21,188 bases of DNA. Origin: Elusimicrobiota bacterium. Its GTDB lineage: Bacteria > Elusimicrobiota > Elusimicrobia > UBA1565 > UBA9628. Below, in pieces: positions 17,688-21,188 of the stretch. Both the position numbers and the translations under genes were made by a program. The stretch covers positions 1 to 21,188 of the forward strand of contig DAHVNA010000034.1 in assembly GCA_027319565.1 (NCBI GenBank), in the 5' to 3' direction. The notes beneath the pieces were generated by a model, which had not been told where the DNA came from, ran no database searches, and saw only the letters and a list, made by a program, of their open reading frames with translations. Position 1 is the stretch's first letter. Every line of letters begins with the position of its first letter.

Positions 17688-19310
17688 TTAATACATGTCT
17701 CCGCCATGGGCGCCGGCTCCCATCGGGGCTTCCTTTTTCTCGGGAATATCCGCGACGAGAACATCGGTGGTCAGAATGGTTCCCACAATGGAAACCGCGT
17801 TCTCAAGCGCCGTTCTGGTGACTTTGAGCGGATCGACGATTCCAGCCTTGAAGAGGTCGACATACTCGCCGGTGGCGGCGTTAAGGCCGATGCCGTTCCC
17901 GGAAGAAAGAATCTTCTGGACGACGACAGAACCTTCAAGACCTGAATTTTCGGCGATTTGGCGAATAGGAGCCTGGAGAGCTCGGCGAACAATCATTCCG
18001 CCGGTGGTCTCATCCTCATTATCGCCCTTGAATTTCTCAAGAGCCTCTGAGGCGTGAAGAAGAGCCACTCCTCCTCCGGCAATCATGCCTTCCTCGACTC
18101 CAGCCTTGGTCGCGTTCTTGGCGTCTTCAACCTTGGCCTTTTTCGTTTTCATCTCGGTCTCGGTCGCGGCGCCGACATTAATGACCGCCACTCCGCCGGA
18201 GAGTTTCGCCAAGCGCTCCTGCAATTTCTCCCGATCGTAGTCGGAAGTGGTATCCGCGATTTGTTTGCGGATGGAATCGGCGCGCTTAGTGATCTCGGTT
18301 TTGTTTCCGGCGCCATTGACGATGGTGGTATTGTCTTTGTCGATGACGACGCGTTTGGCGCGGCCGAGCATGTCGAGGCTGGCTTTTTCAAACTTGTGTC
18401 CCAGCTCTTCGGAAATGACTTCCCCGCCGGTCAACACCGCAATATCTTGAAGCATTTCTTTTCGGCGATCGCCAAAGCCAGGGGCTTTCACTGCGGCGGC
18501 TTTGAGCGTTCCGCGAATCTTATTGACGACCAACGTCGCCAAGGCTTCGCCTTCGATATCATCGGCGATTAAGAGGAAGGATTTTCCGGTCTGAACGATT
18601 TTCTCAAGGAGAGGAAGCATGTCGCTCATCGCGGAAATTTTCTTATCCGTAATGATCACATAGGCGTCCTCAAGAATGGTTTCCATTCTCTCGGAATCGG
18701 TCACGAAATAGGGAGAAACGTAGCCGCGGTCAAACTGCATTCCCTCGACCACGTCTAAAGTCGTGTCCGCGGATTTTCCCTCTTCAACCGTGATCACGCC
18801 TTCATGTCCCACTTTCTCCATCGCTTCGGCAATCAAGCTTCCGATTTGCTTATCGTTGGAAGAGATCGTGGCGACTTGAGCCTTTTCTTCCTTGGTTTTA
18901 ACCGGTTTAACGGATTTTTTAAGCTCTTTAACGACGACTTCAAGGGCTTTGTGCATTCCGCGCTCAACCGCTTTGGCGTTGGCCCCGGCGGTGATGTTTT
19001 TCATCCCTTCCGCCAACATCGATTGAGAAAGAACAATAGCGGTCGTCGTTCCGTCTCCGGCGATGTCATTGGTCTTGGTCGCCACTTCTTTAACCAGCTG
19101 GGCTCCCATGTTTTCAAAAGCATCGGGAAGCTCGATTTCCTTGGCGATCGTGACACCGTCATCAATGATCGTGGGAGAACCAAACTTCTTGTCCAAAACA
19201 ACCGAGCGACCGCGGGGCCCCAAGGTCCCTTTCGTCGCGTTAGCGAGTTTATCGACACCCGCCTTTAAGAAACGGCGCGCTTCGTCCGAAAATATAATGT
19301 TTTTAGCCAT
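17688..19310 (-). CDS. groL: Chaperonin GroEL
   Basis: [45 protein letters not shown]-rich tail; RBS GGAGGA at 19326-19321. Confidence 0.99.
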   Translation of the reverse strand: MAKNIIFSDEARRFLKAGVDKLANATKGTLGPRGRSVVLDKKFGSPTIIDDGVTIAKEIELPDAFENMGAQLVKEVATKTNDIAGDGTTTAIVLSQSMLAEGMKNITAGANAKAVERGMHKALEVVVKELKKSVKPVKTKEEKAQVATISSNDKQIGSLIAEAMEKVGHEGVITVEEGKSADTTLDVVEGMQFDRGYVSPYFVTDSERMETILEDAYVIITDKKISAMSDMLPLLEKIVQTGKSFLLIADDIEGEALATLVVNKIRGTLKAAAVKAPGFGDRRKEMLQDIAVLTGGEVISEELGHKFEKASLDMLGRAKRVVIDKDNTTIVNGAGNKTEITKRADSIRKQIADTTSDYDREKLQERLAKLSGGVAVINVGAATETEMKTKKAKVEDAKNATKAGVEEGMIAGGGVALLHASEALEKFKGDNEDETTGGMIVRRALQAPIRQIAENSGLEGSVVVQKILSSGNGIGLNAATGEYVDLFKAGIVDPLKVTRTALENAVSIVGTILTTDVLVADIPEKKEAPMGAGAHGGDMY

Positions 19311-19328
19311 GATTAATTATTCCTCCAG

Positions 19329-19640
19329 TTATTTCAAGATTCCAAGAATATCGTCTTGATGCATGATCAAATATTCTTGATCGTCGAGTTTGATTTCAGA
19401 CCCGGAGTATTTTCCATACAAAATCTTATCTCCGGCCTTAACGTCCATCGGAAGGACCTTGCCATCTTCGGTGGTCTTCCCTTTTCCGCAGGCAATGATC
19501 TCGCCTTCCTGCGGTTTTTCCTTCGCGGTGTCGGGAATAATAAGCCCGCCACGCTTGGTTTCCTTGGCCTCGATCGGTTTGACCAACACGCGATCGCCGA
19601 GAGGCTGAATTTTCACTTTCGTCAGAGTTGCTTCTGCCAT
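19329..19640 (-). CDS. groS: Co-chaperonin GroES
   Basis: [36 protein letters not shown] at 19656-19651 favours ATG 19640 over TTG 19649. Confidence 0.98.
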   Translation of the reverse strand: MAEATLTKVKIQPLGDRVLVKPIEAKETKRGGLIIPDTAKEKPQEGEIIACGKGKTTEDGKVLPMDVKAGDKILYGKYSGSEIKLDDQEYLIMHQDDILGILK

Positions 19641-19675
19641 ATCTTTCAATCCTCCTGATATTTAATAGAGCGAAC

Positions 19676-19702
19676 TTAGCACTCGCTCACCTTCTCTGCT
19701 AA
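19676..19702. promoter_or_regulatory. CIRCE operator (HrcA site) 1
   Basis: TTAGCACTC-N9-CTCTGCTAA versus consensus TTAGCACTC-N9-GAGTGCTAA: one arm perfect, the other 6/9. Confidence 0.85.
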
Positions 19703-19732
19703 TTATAGCATAAAGAAAAGCAGAGCTGTCAA
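19702..19732 (-). promoter_or_regulatory. groESL sigma70-type promoter
   Basis: Minus strand TTGACA (19732-19727), 19-nt spacer including TG, TATAAT (19707-19702). Confidence 0.75.
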
Positions 19733-19752
19733 TCTCGGACAGCGACTGCTAA
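19726..19752. promoter_or_regulatory. CIRCE-like operator 2 overlapping the -35
   Basis: Minus strand TTAGCAGTC-N9-GATTGACAG (8/9 and 5/9 matches), exactly 50 bp from CIRCE 1. Confidence 0.6.
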
Positions 19753-19754
19753 TT

Positions 19755-20714
19755 TTAATCTCGAATGCTTTTCTTAAGCTGCAGGAGTGATATTGAGATG
19801 GAATTGGAAGGAGGCTGATTATGATTCCTAAAGAAAAATCCGCCTTTTTTCCCGCTGGATTCTTTAGATGAAATCGCCGGAGCGGGCGCCGCTTGAGAGG
19901 CGGAAACGTTTCCCACCGAAGGAAGTGGAACCTCATCGGATGAGTCCGCGTCGGAAATTTTAACCGAGGGTCCTCCCCCCGAATTCGGGCGCTCAGGAAC
20001 AAGCTGCCGCAACTGGTCTTCCAGCCTTTTAATTAGGTTTAACGATTGCGCCAAACTCTTTTCCTTGTCCGACAAATCCTTGGCCAAGCGGTTGACCAGG
20101 CTATTTCGAATCGCCAAATCCTCGGAAAGCTCTTTAGCTTGGCTTTTAAGGCGCTCGGACTGGGAATGTTCTTTTTCAAATTCGGCTTTAACGGCGGCCA
20201 AGGCTTCTTCTTTATCCTTTAAAAGAGCGCTTAAGCGCGCGGAATTTTCCCGCCCTTCTTTTTCCAGCCGGGATAAATCTTTTTCCATAGTCGCCACTTT
20301 CTTTTCGAGAGAGGATTTTTCCTCCAGCTCTTGTTTTAAATCCCGTCTCATCCCCTCAACCTGATTTTGCAAAGACGAAAGGAGATTTTTTTCGCGGCGG
20401 GAGCCTTCAATCTCGGACATCAACTCTTTGACATGAAGAAAAATTTTCGCCTCCGCCGATTCAAGAGCTTCCTTAGGATTTCCGGCCTCAAAAAGCCCGT
20501 TATCGGCCGAAGGCGGCGCCGGCGGACGAGGAGAACTATTCTTTCCGGCTTGGACGATTTCCGAAAATTCTCCCGCATAACGCCAGTTTTTATCTTGAAT
20601 CTCTCCCTCCGCGGAACAAACCAGCGTGGTTGCGGAAAAACCCGAAAGCCGCCACAATTCATCCGGAGAATAAGCTCCGGGAACTTTGCCATCAATATAG
20701 ACCCAATATTTCAT
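19755..20714 (-). CDS. Hypothetical protein with a GYF_2 (DUF4339)-like N-terminus and long coiled coil
   Basis: GGAGG at 20724-20720 before ATG 20714. YWVYIDGKVPGAYSPDEL...TLV...W..AGEF resembles GYF_2; then a Pro-rich linker, an E/K/L heptad region and a low-complexity tail. Confidence 0.75.
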   Translation of the reverse strand: MKYWVYIDGKVPGAYSPDELWRLSGFSATTLVCSAEGEIQDKNWRYAGEFSEIVQAGKNSSPRPPAPPSADNGLFEAGNPKEALESAEAKIFLHVKELMSEIEGSRREKNLLSSLQNQVEGMRRDLKQELEEKSSLEKKVATMEKDLSRLEKEGRENSARLSALLKDKEEALAAVKAEFEKEHSQSERLKSQAKELSEDLAIRNSLVNRLAKDLSDKEKSLAQSLNLIKRLEDQLRQLVPERPNSGGGPSVKISDADSSDEVPLPSVGNVSASQAAPAPAISSKESSGKKGGFFFRNHNQPPSNSISISLLQLKKSIRD

Positions 20715-20832
20715 GACTTCCTCCAAATAAGCGACCGCGCTCGAATCTGAAATAAGGATAGCCCCCACGCTAAATTATTTCAAGGGCTTTTTTGTTACAA
20801 GGTGATTAGGGGATTAATATAGAGGAAGAACT

Positions 20833-20904
20833 TGGGCCCGCCAGGAATCGAACCCGGATCTCGTGGTTCGAAGCCACGCGCTCTATCCGTTGAACTACAG
20901 GCCC
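20833..20904 (-). tRNA. tRNA-Arg, anticodon UCG, CCA not encoded
   Basis: GGGCCTGTAGTTCAACGGATAGAGCGCGTGGCTTCGAACCACGAGATCCGGGTTCGATTCCTGGCGGGCCCA: acceptor stem GGGCCTG/CGGGCCC, anticodon arm CGTGG-CTTCGAA-CCACG, T-loop TTCGATT. Confidence 0.96.
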
Positions 20905-20910
20905 GCGAAA

Positions 20911-21188
20911 TTATTTTACAAAACCTAGCTCTTTGATGGGAGGAAAAAGAAGAATTGCGTTGCGGGTCGTTTGGTCCGCCACTTCCGCCAAAGAAACGCC
21001 AAATACTTCGGCAACCTTCGCCGCGATCTCAGGAATTAAAGAGGGCTCATTGCGCTTCCCGCGAGAGCTTTGCGGGGGAAGATACGGGCTGTCGGTTTCT
21101 AAAACGAGACGCTCAAGGCCCGCCAAACGCAAAGCTTCTCTGAGAGCGTTATTCTTGGGATAGGTCACCGGCCCATCAACGCCAAGAA
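20911..21188 (-). CDS. tatD: TatD-family nuclease, 3' part (5' end outside the window)
   Basis: Frame is open to the window edge: LGVDGPVTYPKN...LVLETDSPYLPP...RGKRNEP...TTRNA..LF. Confidence 0.92.
   Translation of the reverse strand, partial: LGVDGPVTYPKNNALREALRLAGLERLVLETDSPYLPPQSSRGKRNEPSLIPEIAAKVAEVFGVSLAEVADQTTRNAILLFPPIKELGFVK

Noticed and set aside
17695..19658. Long antisense ORFs over groEL/groES
   Set aside because: Expected from codon bias in highly expressed genes; no independent coding signal.

Overview
Mostly core bacterial chromosome; gene content and protein style suggest an Elusimicrobiota-like diderm (inference only). Plus strand: two tandem CHASE3 sensor histidine kinases (the first is cut by the window edge), a small outer-membrane beta-barrel-like gene, and a long-form ispG. 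Minus strand: a ~10 kb tightly packed operon trxB-lipA-pdhA-pdhB-folP-glmM-pdxJ-like-glmS-acpS-nnrD, then tsaE. A ~1.4 kb accessory patch separates nnrD from tsaE. It holds REP-like palindromes, an orphan secreted-protein gene with a palindromic operator pair, and an unannotated, internally deleted brnT-brnA toxin-antitoxin relic whose promoter points into tsaE. The right end has folB, groEL-groES with two CIRCE-like operators, a GYF_2-like/coiled-coil protein, tRNA-Arg(UCG) and the 3' end of tatD. Best leads: a full-length PdxJ homolog missing most catalytic residues (candidate pseudoenzyme between glmM and glmS); the miniaturised brnTA relic as a possible promoter donor for tsaE; an apparent ATT start codon forced by gene overlap; and a 26-bp bidirectional, probably leaderless promoter between trxB and folB.
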